64,000 nucleotides of DNA from Eledone cirrhosa (GCA_964016885.1 OZ024741.1:349742001-349806000); one strand, 5' to 3'. Shown: positions 13,528 through 26,915, numbered from the stretch's first letter. The notes: generated by a model not told the origin, from the letters alone. Translations and numbers: made by a program.

Positions 13528-13969
13528 ATCAACTAAGCACTCTTGCCATAATAACACATTTTGAACTGCTTATCTTCAAGAACTATAATATTATTTTTTA
13601 CTTCCCGTTACCCTATTATGTTCCACATTACCCAGCCCCTCCTTTTTTTTTTTCACTTCAAAAACCTTGTTTGTAAATAACATTACTCTTTCTTCACCAT
13701 TTCCTTAACATGTTCAACATCACCATTTTACACTAATACATATTCCCCACTTTTGATAATGCATAAAATGCTGAAACCGGTAATAGACAATTATTAAATA
13801 TATAAATAAATAAATAAATGCCATTGTTAATTAATAAATAAATTAACTAATGCCTCAACATTTCACACAAAGTAAAATATTTTGTTTTTAAAATTTTCTA
13901 ACCCAGAAAAAATAAAAAGGAAAAAAATATATTTTTCTTCCTATTAATCGTCTTTTTTTCCCTATTTTC

Positions 13970-14055
<86 letters not shown>

Positions 14056-14518
14056 ATATAATACACATATATATATTATATATAAATAAATATATTATAT
14101 ATGTGTGTGTGTGTTATATTATATTATATTAGGTATACATGAAAGCTGAAGTTGCAAGAGAGCAGATAAAAATCGAATTACTTCAGTCAGTCACAAAGCA
14201 GTCAATGGTGTGAAAAGTTAATAAATTTCTCGACCAGATCAACACATGATGTTAAATAAGGGTGACACCATGAATATATCGACTAGGTACATCTACCGAT
14301 AGTTTATAACCAGAACAACGACAAATACCAGCAGGTAAATGACGTACCTGGAACGATTCGGGTTCTAGAACGCCGAAAATAGTGCATTACGAGTTGCAAT
14401 ATGCATATGCAATGGTATGTGCATCTAGCAATAGAGGGGTATTCGTTCGATAATTTCACCATCGATTTTCTAGCGAAGAGGCTGCGTGCCGTTATGCTGT
14501 AGTAGTAATCGGTACTGT

Positions 14519-14710
14519 GGAGACGCGTGGTCTAATGGTAAAGGTGTTGGACTTACGATCATAATGTTGTGGGTTCGATTCCTGGGCTGGGTTCCGTGTT
14601 GTGTTCTTGAGCAAAACATATCATTTCACGTTGCTCAGTATATTCAGCTGAAAATAAGTACGAGCAATAACTGGGGGTTCAACCTTGCGATGGACTGGTG
14701 TCCTGTCACG
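14519..14710 (+). mobile_element. tRNA-derived CORE-type SINE family 2 (diverged)
   Basis: gtggtctaatggtaa A-box, gggttcgattcc B-box, CORE-like tgtgttcttgagcaaaaca. Confidence 0.7.
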
Positions 14711-15110
14711 TGATCTCGAAAGAGGAAGTTCGCTTGACAAAATTATTCAAGGAAGGAATAAAACAATGAGATATCCACAACCTCAAAAATAAGATCTTGA
14801 CTAGAAATTATAAATAAATTTAGCAATTAATTAATTAATCAGACAATTATTTAAAACTGGGAGAATAATATTATATTAGGTATGAGGTTAACTTTGCCTA
14901 CGGGGTCTATAAAATAAAGTACCAGTAATGCACTGGGTAATTGCTGGCCTTGTGCCAAAAGTAGAAACAATTATATTCGGTATACATCGGAGCTGAAACA
15001 GCAATAGGGTAGATACCAGTCGAATTATTAGAGGCAGTCACAAAGCACTAAGTGGTTCGAAAATATCTCGACCAGAGTTAACACACATACATACATAAAT
15101 ACATACATAC

Positions 15111-15188
<78 letters not shown>

Positions 15189-15543
15189 GGGGGGTGTATA
15201 CAAGCATTAACCTACGAAAATATTTCACTATGTCCCTCAAAAACATTCCTTCGGAGAATTTAATATGTAGGATATTTCTTATATATATGAGTATGTGTAT
15301 ATATACATAAATATATATATAGATTAGAGCAAACATCACGGACGCTCTATCTCAAAATTATTTTTGAAAAGCATTAGAAATACGCAACCGGTAAAACTTA
15401 AAACCAAAACTGAATACTAACCAATACTATTACTAATTCTCACTTATTCCTAATTAAACTATTTTTCACTGTGAACAATTTGTCAGCATTTTCTTTTCCG
15501 TTTACCAATATATCATAACTTGTGTGTTACACCTCTATTCTTT

Positions 15544-15590
<47 letters not shown>

Positions 15591-15592
<2 letters not shown>

Positions 15593-15707
15593 GGAAAATG
15601 TATGACCCCGACGTCATAAATTTTCCTATTACCCACTCTACTACCCTAAGTATTGAGTACTCTGGTGCGTTATGGTCCATCTGGTTCCTTACCACAACTC
15701 CTTCGTT
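15591..15707 (+). mobile_element. Family A minimal fold-back element
   Basis: 22-nt short arm turns at gac|gtc (15610-15615), followed by long arm and tail. Confidence 0.85.
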
Positions 15708-15728
15708 ATATACAGCATATAATATATA

Positions 15729-15821
<93 letters not shown>

Positions 15822-16575
15822 AATTTCCTACAAAGACATAACTACATTCGAAGAATTTAAAATTTCGAGATGCTACCATTTCTCTAACGCAGACAAACCA
15901 CGGTGGTAATTTATTACACTTAAAAATCTTATAACTATTTTTCTAATAAATCAATTGAGTTAACTCTTATCTTAAATGAATCAACTCTTAAAATATTTCA
16001 TGTGGTAATTTATGGATTCTATCTATTTTTTTTATATTTTGCCCCACATATCTGATAAATTGTTCAGGTGCTGTTTCTATAGTAAAGTGTTGCATGCGAG
16101 CTGGTAGAGGGCGAGCTGTTGGTTTTGTTCATTTAGTGCGGGCCTGGTATTGAACAGTAAGTATTCCCAGTCGGCTTTACAATATGACCGGACTTTGGAG
16201 GTTGACTTTTCTTTGTCACATTTTTTATTGTTTATTACTCTTTACATAATAACCCAACAAATCACAGTTTGTCGCCAATGTTATTATGCCTATTGTTTAA
16301 CTAAAGCTCAAGCATTAAATTTACTAGAATAAGCTGACGAATTTTGATACATAATTATCATAATTATTTGCTGACAACATCAAGTCTGTAGTTTATTTGA
16401 TTTCTATATCTCCGTCTACAGATGTTCCCAGTGACATTCCCAACTCCTTCCATACATACACATTCCCTTTCTCCCATCATATGCGCTCGTAGTATTTATC
16501 GTGATTTGATTATTTCGGTTGTCATTGCACAGGAATAAAAGGAAGCTTCAAGCAAATAGATTCATTCCCTATGTA

Positions 16576-16623
<48 letters not shown>

Positions 16624-16790
16624 AATTAATATCTAGTAACATATATATACATACAGATGCATATCAATGCTAGCAAATATATAGGTTTTGTCTTAGTAAC
16701 TTTGTGGTTCAATGCATGGGGTTGCAGAACAATAATATGAGAGACGTAAAATAAGAAAATTATAAAATTAACTTACTTACTAAAATTTCA

Positions 16791-16870
16791 CTTCCAACTA
16801 ATTAGTTTCTGAAATGGAATAAATATACTTTCCGAAGAAAGTATAGAGAATCATTTCGTCGTCAGGGAAG
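16791..16870 (-). ncRNA. Type I hammerhead ribozyme, canonical core, UUCG-capped stem II
   Basis: CUUCC-CUGACGA-cGAAAUG..UAUACUUUC-UUCG-GAAAGUAUA..CAUUUCa-GAAA-CUAAUUAG-UU-GGAAG. Confidence 0.9.
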
Positions 16871-17115
16871 ACTATTCTCCGCTAAGTATCCAGGCAAAGC
16901 GAGGACTCTGGAAACTTATATAAAAATGTTCAGTGGATAGAAAATAGCAAAGCGTGGACTGAATTCCTAGCATTGAGAAAATCACTGCCTCTGCGTCGGT
17001 GGCAAATTCAAAAAGAATTAATCATGTGACATCGAGGTCAATCAGTAGAAAGTGGTTTGCTAATAAGACAGCGGCCTGCCTGCTACCATAGCAGCAGTTC
17101 TGGCCAATATTGCTC

Positions 17116-17178
17116 GACAAATAATTTGGAGATAATTATAAAGAATTAATTCTTTATAATTATCTCCAAATTATTTGT

Positions 17179-17179
<1 letters not shown>
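17116..17179. repeat. Perfect 64-bp palindrome at the end of the 16617-17180 HHR element
   Basis: gacaaataatttggagataattataaagaatt followed directly by its exact reverse complement. Confidence 0.95.
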
Positions 17180-17243
<64 letters not shown>

Positions 17244-17247
<4 letters not shown>

Positions 17248-17434
17248 AACCAGTAAGACCCCGACAGCTGAGCTCAAGCCGTTTCGACGGCTAATTCAGT
17301 CCAGAATTAGCCGTCGAAACGGCTTGAGCTCAGCTGTCGGGGTCTTACTGGTTCCTATTACCCACTCTACTACCTCAAGTATTGAGTACTTTGGTGCGTT
17401 ATGGTCCACCTGGTTCCTTACCACATTTCCTTCG

Positions 17435-17436
<2 letters not shown>
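17244..17436 (+). mobile_element. Family A fold-back mini-element, closest to the full-length Naiad pLTR
   Basis: Near-identical to 27250-27387 and 30749-30807. Confidence 0.92.
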
Positions 17437-17493
<57 letters not shown>

Positions 17494-17496
<3 letters not shown>

Positions 17497-17899
17497 GATA
17501 TTAATAAATGGAAACTATATTTATAAAACCATATTTATTCTATTATATATATTTCAAGGGTACCAAAACTCTGGTACGCTCTTATCAGATAAAATACAAA
17601 CTTTGTTTTATAAATATTGACATATCCAGGAATGAGACCTTAACGGTTCAAGTTTTACTTTAAGGTCTCATTCATGGATATGTCAATATTTATAAAAGAA
17701 ACTTTGTATTTTATCTGATGAGGGCGTACCAGAGTTTTGGTACCCTTGAAATATATATAATAGAATACATATGGTTTTATAAATAAAGTTTCCATTTAAT
17801 AATATCATTGATATTATACTCCAGAAAACTTGCCCAGTGTATCGAATCTGTTATAAATATATATATTTGTTGAATTACCAACAAATTAAGTATCCCTTT

Positions 17900-17903
<4 letters not shown>
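17494..17903 (+). mobile_element. Family I fold-back PLE mini-element
   Basis: About 150-bp inverted arms plus about 95-nt tail in (TA)n; second copy at 36361-36773. Confidence 0.85.
17705..17769 (+). ncRNA. Type I hammerhead ribozyme (family I)
   Basis: UGUAUUUUAU-CUGAUGA-GGGCGUACCAGAGUUUUGGUACCCUU-GAAA-UAUAUAUA-AUAGAAUACA; 10-bp stem I, AUA triplet. Confidence 0.88.
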
Positions 17904-17962
<59 letters not shown>

Positions 17963-18096
17963 CTGTCTATTGCTTTGGTGAGATTATAATGATGCTTTAT
18001 TATTAAATATCTGGTTTTGAAAAGACCCAGGAAAGAGATGAAACGTTCGTAAATCACCATTTAATGAATTAATGTATTTGGTGTCTATTTTAATGA

Positions 18097-18156
<60 letters not shown>

Positions 18157-18168
18157 TATATATATATA

Positions 18169-18219
<51 letters not shown>

Positions 18220-18223
<4 letters not shown>

Positions 18224-18287
18224 AAGAAAGAGTGGTAATAAACCAGGTGGACCATAACGTACCAGAGTACTCGATACTTAGGGTAGC
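18220..18287 (-). mobile_element. Family A tail-only fragment
   Basis: Homologous to 27250-27316. Confidence 0.75.
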
Positions 18288-19086
18288 ATATATACAGAGA
18301 GAGAGGTGGGGATTTGCCGAGGAATGTCGGCATCTCAGTTGGCACAACCATTCTCCAATCGGTTGACATTTCTACTCCGCTGGCAAAACACATGTACACG
18401 CAGACGCATGCGCATGCATATTATTATAACGCATGATACATTGTATAATGTTTCGTATAAATTTAGTCGAAAAATAACTAAGATGATTACGGCAACACCA
18501 CCTTTAACCACAGGTCTACTCAATCGGGGCCGACCTGGTGCAAAAAAACCCAGACAATAGCAACAATAAACTGAATCTTACTTGCCTGTTGACGTGCTAG
18601 AAATAGCATACAAATCATCCTCAAATCACTTCCTTCTGAAAAGAAAATTCGTTTTAAAATACAATCTATGATAACAAAAGTTGGAATGGTCATTGTTGAA
18701 ACACATTTGGTGATAGGCCTGCTTGATCAGACATATGACCTATCATCATCATCATCATCACAGGGTTGACTTCTGTTTAACATCATAATGACCAAAACAA
18801 CAATAACAACACTACCAAAAGTAACACCAAATTATGAAACTGAAATTAGTTTACAGGCTCCGACCACTGATTCCTTCCCAACTAGCCTTTATCGTAATGT
18901 TAACATGGCTAGATAACGTACATACGCGCACATTCACAAATATACACATATACACGCATTCACACACATGTATTAAAGAAAGAAGGTCCTGTTTAATATA
19001 AGTGCCAAACTAAGTCACTATCACATAAATGTTTATAAACTATTTCAGCGACTGTACTTGAGTAACATTTAGTGAATATCAAAAAT

Positions 19087-19496
<410 letters not shown>

Positions 19497-19702
19497 CTTT
19501 GTTGTAGAATCTAGTTTAACGCCAATAAATGTAAAAGTAAAACGAAGAAGCTTGAATCTAATATCGAGACCATGTGAATATGTCTGTTAGGATGTATCAC
19601 CTTAAAACTCCGTCAATGCATTGATTATAGAAGCCACACACTCGAACACATTTTATCAATAGAATAATTCCATAAATATGAGCTGTATTAGGACTATTTA
19701 GT

Positions 19703-19915
19703 GAAGGCGTGTGGCTGAGTGGTTAGAGAATTGGATTCGCAATCGTGAGGTTGTGAGTTCGATTCCCGGACCGGGCGATGCGTTATGTCCTTGAGCAAGA
19801 CACTTTATTTCACGATGCTCCTTCTTCCTGGAGTTGCGACCGATATATAGTATTAGCAATTGAAAAGACCAATGGAAACATTGACTCCTCGGTCCGATTT
19901 GACGAATGTCGATCG
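19703..19915 (+). mobile_element. CORE-type SINE family 2
   Basis: gtggctgagtggttaga A-box, gagttcgattcc B-box, tgtccttgagcaagacacttta CORE-like motif. Confidence 0.85.
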
Positions 19916-20001
19916 TTCCTTTTTTTTTAAGGACTAATTTTAAAAGAGCAGGTTTCTTGTTTCCTTTTATTTATAATATTGCATTCTCCATCCTGCTATA
20001 C

Positions 20002-20188
20002 GAGGCATGTCAAACATGCGGCCCTTTACAAGCACACATGCGGCCGGCACAAAGGTTTTTACAGCACGAGTATGTTTTATCTTGGTAAAATTAGTTGTAA
20101 TGTGCACAAATAGTTGTCGTATGTGGCCCTCAAACAACACATATGCGACCCATGTGGTCCTCGGGGGACCCTCAGTTTGACATGCCTG
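20002..20188. mobile_element. hAT (Charlie-like) MITE
   Basis: TIRs gaggcatgtcaaac/gtttgacatgcctg; 8-bp TSD tgctatac/tgctatat. Confidence 0.85.
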
Positions 20189-20448
20189 TGCTATATCATC
20201 TATATGTGAAGATACGCTATTTAGTGTTGACTTATTAAATCAAGTTTATGTTTTGTTTAAATGACATGAACTCACTATTGAATTTCTATTTGATACATAT
20301 ATATGGGAGTGAGTGAATGCACGACTGTGCTCCAGTTTGGTCATTTTATTACTGATTTTGTTTCTTTTTGTATTTCCTTATTAGTAATTTATGCTTAGTT
20401 TGGACCACACAGACATACACACTCACACATACACACACACATATATAT

Positions 20449-20840
20449 AACAAAGAGGGTGTGGTAATTACCAGGTGGACCATAACGCACCAAAGTACTC
20501 GATAGCTGGGGTAGTAGAGTGGGTAATATGAAAGGATTCAAGACCTCGACGCCTGAGCGCTGGCCATTTCGACAACTAAATCCGAACCGGATCTAGTTGT
20601 CGAAAAATCCGGAGCTCAGCCGAATCCTTTCATATATATATATATATATATATATAACAAAGGAAGTGTGGTAAGGAACCAGATGGACCATAACGCACCA
20701 GAGTACGCAATACTTAGGGTAGTAGTGTGGGTAATAGGAAAAGGTTCAAGACCCCGACGGCTATTTCTGAAATAGCCGTCGAAACGGCTTCAGCTCTGGT
20801 TCTTCCGTCGGCTTCCGTCGGGGTCTTGAACTTTTTCCTA
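20449..20840 (-). mobile_element. Two tandem family A fold-back mini-elements (20449-20634, 20656-20840)
   Basis: Each has tail plus inverted arms; separated by (TA)n. Confidence 0.85.
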
Positions 20841-20889
20841 TATATATATATATGTGTGTGTGTGAATGAAGTAATTCCGTCGGAAAGGT

Positions 20890-20927
<38 letters not shown>

Positions 20928-21240
20928 ATACAGAGAGAGAGAGAGAGACAGAGAGAGAGAGAAAGAGAGATAGAGAAAGAGAGAGAGAGGGGGAGAGAGG
21001 GAGAGGGCGCGAGAGATAGATTTATATATATTTCGTGTGTATGGGGAAAGTAGATATTTTCATGCACAAAATATAAAAACGTCGTGAGTAAAAATTCTAA
21101 GAGTAAACGAATTCACAAAAGATATTTTATATAAATATTAATTCAAATTTTACGACAACTTTAGTTAATCTAGTTCCAAATATTAATAAACGTTTACCCT
21201 TGATATTTTGAGATGAGATCGCGTTCATTAGTGCTTGTCA

Positions 21241-21421
21241 TTTGGCAGTATCGGTAGAGCGTTGACCAACATGCTTTGCGGCATGTAGGTACGGCCTTTT
21301 ACGTTCTGAGTTCAAATCTCGCCGAGGTTAACTTTGCCTTTCATCCTTACGGGGTCGATAAAATAAAGTACCAGTAATGTACTGGGTATTTGCTGGCCTT
21401 GTTCCTAAAGCAGAAACAATT
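21241..21421 (+). mobile_element. SINE family 1 copy
   Basis: Homology to 1117-1305. Confidence 0.85.
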
Positions 21422-22428
21422 ATTATAATCAGTCTTTTCATTCTTTTGGTTTTACAGATAATTATAACACACAATCCACACTAATATTTCCGATTTTAAA
21501 GATTGACTGAGAATATTTTATAGTACAATCCAGCTTTTAGTGTTTGGCGTACGGATGCACACAGCCAAAAACTTTTGAATTTAATCTCCTTTCATTTTCT
21601 GTAAGATTTTTAATAGAATTAACGCCAGCTAATCTTGTATAAAATTTTCGAGTTCTACAAATCATTTTACTTCCCGAAGCAATTTGAACAACAATATATT
21701 CTTTGCAAACATAACAGCATTGTCCTGGATAATTACCCCCTTGATGGGCTTCAATTGCTACTTTCCTTCACAATAGGCCTCGTGCTGATCCACACAGTTA
21801 GACAACCACCCCTTCCACTGTTCAAAGCATGTCTGGAATACTTATTTGAAAGTTTTAATATATTAAGTTAAAATTCAACAACATAACAACAATGTTCCCA
21901 GATATTGGTTTAATAAAGAATTTCCTTAAAACATGCATTTTTAACACAATCATACATTTCTAAAAGCCTTTCCAAACACATTTGGGTTTTAATAGAAACA
22001 CCATTATTGGGGTTTTAATAAAAACAACATTATTTGGGTTTTGATAAAAATGTTTCTGGCAATTTTCATTCCAATTTATTTAATCTATTTCAAAACAACA
22101 ATTGACCCCTGGAGACACGCCTCGAAATAATTAATTATCTATTATGTATATCAATGTATATTTCATATAGTTGAAGATTCAGAATACTCTTAATAATATG
22201 ACCTCTGATTTTAAAGATTTTATAGAAACCTAAACACTTAGAGTTCTTTACCTTGCATGATTTTAGTTCACTCTAAGTGTGACCTTTCGACATATTTTCG
22301 AAACGAAAGTTACATTCTTATATCATTCACCCATTGTCGTAATGATATACAAAAATATTTAGTATATGCTTAATATATACAAGACTTGTTTCGCGATTAT
22401 TCCAAGATTAACAAGGAGAAACGCGGAT

Positions 22429-22605
22429 GTTTCGACGGCTATTTCTGGACTAAATTAGAATTTTTAGCCTGTTGAATGAATAAGTATTGAGTACTCTGGT
22501 GCGTTGAGAGTACTCAATACTTATTCATTCAACAGGCTAAAAATTCTAATTTAGCCCAGAAATAGCCGTCGAAACGGCTTGAGCTCTGCCGTCGGGGTCA
22601 TACTT

Positions 22606-22611
<6 letters not shown>
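22429..22611 (+). mobile_element. Family A double fold-back derivative
   Basis: About 69-bp near-perfect palindrome centred near 22502, containing tail sequence. Confidence 0.85.
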
Positions 22612-22665
<54 letters not shown>

Positions 22666-22764
22666 ATAATAATAAATTTGAAGACTAAAATCCAAAGAGG
22701 GCTCGATAAGGATAAATATATATCAAATATATAAGAACCGTAGAGCAAATATTTATTAAAATAA

Positions 22765-22838
22765 CAGATTAAAGTTTAAGCAATGAATCGCTGCTTTCAC
22801 CCTTAACGGGATCTTCTGAAACTAAAAAAGTCAATCTG
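22765..22838 (-). ncRNA. Hammerhead-like fold with non-canonical CAGAAGA core (family B)
   Basis: CAGAUUGA-(CUUUUUU)-AGUUU-CAGAAGA-UCCC-GUUAA-GGGU-GAAA-GCA..UGC-UU-AAACU-UUAAUCUG; lies within element 22662-22855. Confidence 0.65.
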
Positions 22839-23218
22839 TGAACGCAGAAGTAAATATATATATATTGAGTATATGTTGGTTATTTAGAGCACTCGGCGAA
22901 GTACGCAGGTTGGTTTGTTTACTCCGGAGTAATGTAAAATAAGCAAGTCAAATATGTAAAATTTGGCTTCGTTTATTATAAATTATAATAAAAAAATTCT
23001 GGCTGTGACCCCTTCGGGCAGTCCGAATTGGTGTGGAAAAGACAGGTACACATGTTGTTGAGTTGTGGTTCACTCCGTCAATACATCGATATGTCCAGCT
23101 CCTAGGTGTCTTGCTATTCCTCCGAGGAATTGGAATCATATGAGCTAGAACAAACGAATTTCAGCGTCAAGGACACGCTCGTATCCCATTGGTCAGTTGT
23201 GAATATATGTGTCTATGT

Positions 23219-23410
23219 GAAGGCGCGTGGCTAAGTGGTTAGAGAATTGGATTCGTAATCGTGAGGTTGTGAGTTCGATTCCATGACTGGGTGATGCGTT
23301 ATGTCCTAAAGACACGTTATTTCACGTTGCTCCTTCTACCTGGAGTTGCGACCGATTAGCAATTGAAGATAGTATGAGATTTGAAAAAAGTCGATCGTCG
23401 ATCGTCTGTC
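23219..23410 (+). mobile_element. CORE-type SINE family 2
   Basis: Homology to 19703-19915. Confidence 0.8.
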
Positions 23411-23501
23411 GATATATATATACACATATATATATATATATATATGAGATATATATATACACATATTCAGTTACAGATACATATAAAGGGATATATACGT
23501 A

Positions 23502-23542
<41 letters not shown>

Positions 23543-23740
23543 ACTAGACTGGTAAAGACTAGACAACTGAACAGAAAGAGCAAAGTCTGTAGTAAACTGA
23601 AATACAAAAAAAATCACAAATAACATGTTGATGAGTCAAAACACTATCTTTGTATCTTAGTAATCTTTCTTTATCTCTCTTTTCTCTATATCACACTATT
23701 CGTTATATATATATATATATATATATAATATTTATTTATA

Positions 23741-23771
<31 letters not shown>

Positions 23772-23787
23772 ATATTTATATATATAC

Positions 23788-23903
<116 letters not shown>

Positions 23904-24241
23904 TCTAAAAAGATATAAAATATGGAATTCGTTCAAGAAATATATTCCTATCTGTTGGTAGATCGTGGCAAATTTACAAATCAGATAGGAAACATATATT
24001 CTCCATTTTAGCCATATCCAGATCTTTTCGGCTTTTCTGCTGAATGTCGCAAATATTTCTTTTGATAGTGATAAAGAAAAAATTAAAAATTAAAAGCAGA
24101 ACCTTGATTATGAGTAGTATAGGAAATATGTGTTTTATATACGCTTAGTGACATGATGATGGGCCGTGTTTTGGTCTTTTGCATGGACTTTGATAATGGT
24201 AGAAAGAAAAAGGGAATAATATATTGCCATATATATATATC

Positions 24242-24406
24242 TAGCAATGATAAATACAAAGAGCAAAATCCGAAGAGAGCTCGGTAAGGATTATATATAT
24301 ATAAATATATATAAAGCCGTTGAGCAAATATTTGTTAGTACAGATTAAAATTTAAACAAAGTATATCTGCTTGCTTTCACCCTGTACGGGATATTCTGAA
24401 ACTGTG

Positions 24407-24408
<2 letters not shown>
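24242..24408 (-). mobile_element. Family B PLE fragment (diverged)
   Basis: Homology to 22662-22823. Confidence 0.7.
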
Positions 24409-24463
<55 letters not shown>

Positions 24464-24892
24464 TAGATAGATAGATAGATAGATATACATTCATCAGGAT
24501 ATTTATCCTGGACCAAATGCTATCAACAGAATAGACACCACTGAAGGTATTTAAGACCTTGGTAGAGCTCGTGGTGGTATGGGGCTGTTACACTCGGCGA
24601 CAGAATAAGTCTGCTACTAAAGACTGCAAATTCGTCAGAACGTTTGATAAAATCTTTCTCATAAAGTATGCAGAATCTTAGAGTCCTAAGCTAAAATCTC
24701 ACCGGCTTAAATTTTCTTTGCTGCCCTGCCATAAAAATACCACCGAGCCAACAATGAGGGTCCGTTAGGATGTTCCGATTTCTACCACGTGATGTAATAT
24801 ACTCAATCGGGATCTAATTTGCTAACGCCAAATAAAGAACCGTCTTTCAAAATAACCGCGACCAACTACGATTGACTGGATTATATTTAAAG

Positions 24893-25091
24893 CAGGCATG
24901 CCATCGATGCGGCCCTTTACTAGCACATCTGGGGCCCGCACAAAGGTTTTTACAGCACGAGCATGTTTTATCTATGCAATATAAAATAAAAAATTAGTTG
25001 TAATGTGTGCAATTAGTTGTCGTGTGTGGCCCTAAGACAACACATATGTGACCTAGGTGGCCCACGAGGGACCCTCAGTTTGATATGCCTG
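24893..25091. mobile_element. hAT (Charlie-like) MITE
   Basis: Same family as 20002-20188; perfect 8-bp TSD atttaaag. Confidence 0.9.
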
Positions 25092-25577
25092 ATTTAAAGT
25101 ACATTTTTTAATGTTTAAATGTACAGCCTGCCTGTGATCTATTCTTCTCTCCCGCTCCACTCTATTGCTCTCTCTCTCTCACACATACACACACACTCTC
25201 TCGCACCTACAGAATCGATTACGCTACGCTCTAACACGAATGAGAATTAAACAAGTGACTACATCTCTCTTCACACCAAGCAAGCTAAAAAAATAAATAA
25301 CCGCCCAAGCAAAAATATAGAATTTGGTGAGTGAGTGAACCGATGAACTGTACGACACGGAACATTTAGAAAAATCGAAAATAGAATTGTTAAAGTTCAT
25401 TGGACAAAAATATGGTAAAAGATTATTGCCCAAAATATTGTATATTTTGTGGAAAAGTAACTCAACTTTAGATTGTATTATACCAAAATCAAAAACAATT
25501 AATATACTGGATTATCCAGTTCTTCATATAACATATCAAAAGAGAAATCATGATGATTACGGGTGAAATACTGACTG

Positions 25578-25778
25578 AAGGAGCGTGGCTGAGTGGTAAG
25601 AAAATTGGATTCACAATCATGAGGTTGTAAGATCGATTCCTGGACCGGGCGATGCGTTATATCCTTGAGCAAGACACTTTATTTCACGTTGCTCCTCCTA
25701 CCTGGAGTTGCGACCGATAGAAAGTAATAGCAATTGGAAAGACCGACGGAAACATTGTTTCCTCGGTCCGATTTGACT
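25578..25778 (+). mobile_element. CORE-type SINE family 2
   Basis: Homology to 19703-19915. Confidence 0.8.
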
Positions 25779-26071
25779 GAAGGAGGAAATGATGTAATTA
25801 ATAAGCTGTTGACAGTTATGAGGCTGTACAATTCTCGATTATTTCACTAGATTACATGACTGGTTCAGGACAACACAATGACCCCTATTTAGAAATGTAC
25901 ATTAATGGTTTGTATGAAGTCACTAGTCTTGCTAGAAGCAGCAGCCAAACCTGCTTGAACCACACACTACCAGATCTGTCAACTCTACCCGTCCGAATGG
26001 AAGATCTCCCACACACTTTGGTATTGGTGAGAGATATCTTCTCTTGTGAAAAAGTGTATAGCTTTCATTAT

Positions 26072-26256
26072 GTGGATTGGCAGTATCGGTAGAGGGTCGG
26101 ACGCCATTCTTTGACGTATAGAGTTACGGCCCTTGCCATTCTGAGTTCAAATCCCGCCGAGGTTAACTTTGCCTTTCATCCTTATGGGGTCGATAAAATA
26201 AAGTACCAGTAATGCACTGGGTATTTGCTGGCCTTGTGCCAAACGTAGAAACAATT
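26072..26256 (+). mobile_element. SINE family 1 copy
   Basis: Homology to 1117-1305. Confidence 0.85.
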
Positions 26257-26859
26257 ATTTAAAATCTCCCCATTTTGCCTCATTTCTCCCCGTTTTGGGG
26301 AACCTTTTTTCATGGTATTTCCCGTTTGGCAGATCTCCAATACAGCTGCTGAAGAAACACACGATGTTGTTAGACAGCCATTTATCTATATAGTTGTCTG
26401 TATAATGAAGTGCATTCAAGATGTGCAGGCCGTCAGAATATACTCTACAAAATAAACAAATACATATCAAAATCGATACAAAAGGTCCCAACAAAGCGGT
26501 GGCGGCACCGTATTAATATATTTGGAGTACTGTAGTATTGGATCTTTCACAAAATTACTAAACATTATGCTATGTCATAGTCATTACATGAAACCATGTT
26601 AACTCTTTCTCTCGGATAGGATATCACCAACGCTTTCATTTTTAATAAGTATTTCGTACAGGAGGGAATAGATAAGATTGCTGGCGAATATATTATATTC
26701 ATTATAAGATTTTACTTTTGCATCTAAAACATTAAATGTTACAGACGAAAAGTAAAATAGAATATCCGCCAGCGTTCTTATCTTCTTATATGAGAAGATA
26801 TATATAAAAGATTAGTTTGCAAGATATTCAAAAAGTTACAGACAATATTACACGTACTC

Positions 26860-26905
<46 letters not shown>

Positions 26906-26915
26906 CTGTGAGGGC

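Noticed and set aside
19703-19790. tRNA genes
   Set aside because: A/B-box heads continue into SINE bodies and lack a complete cloverleaf.
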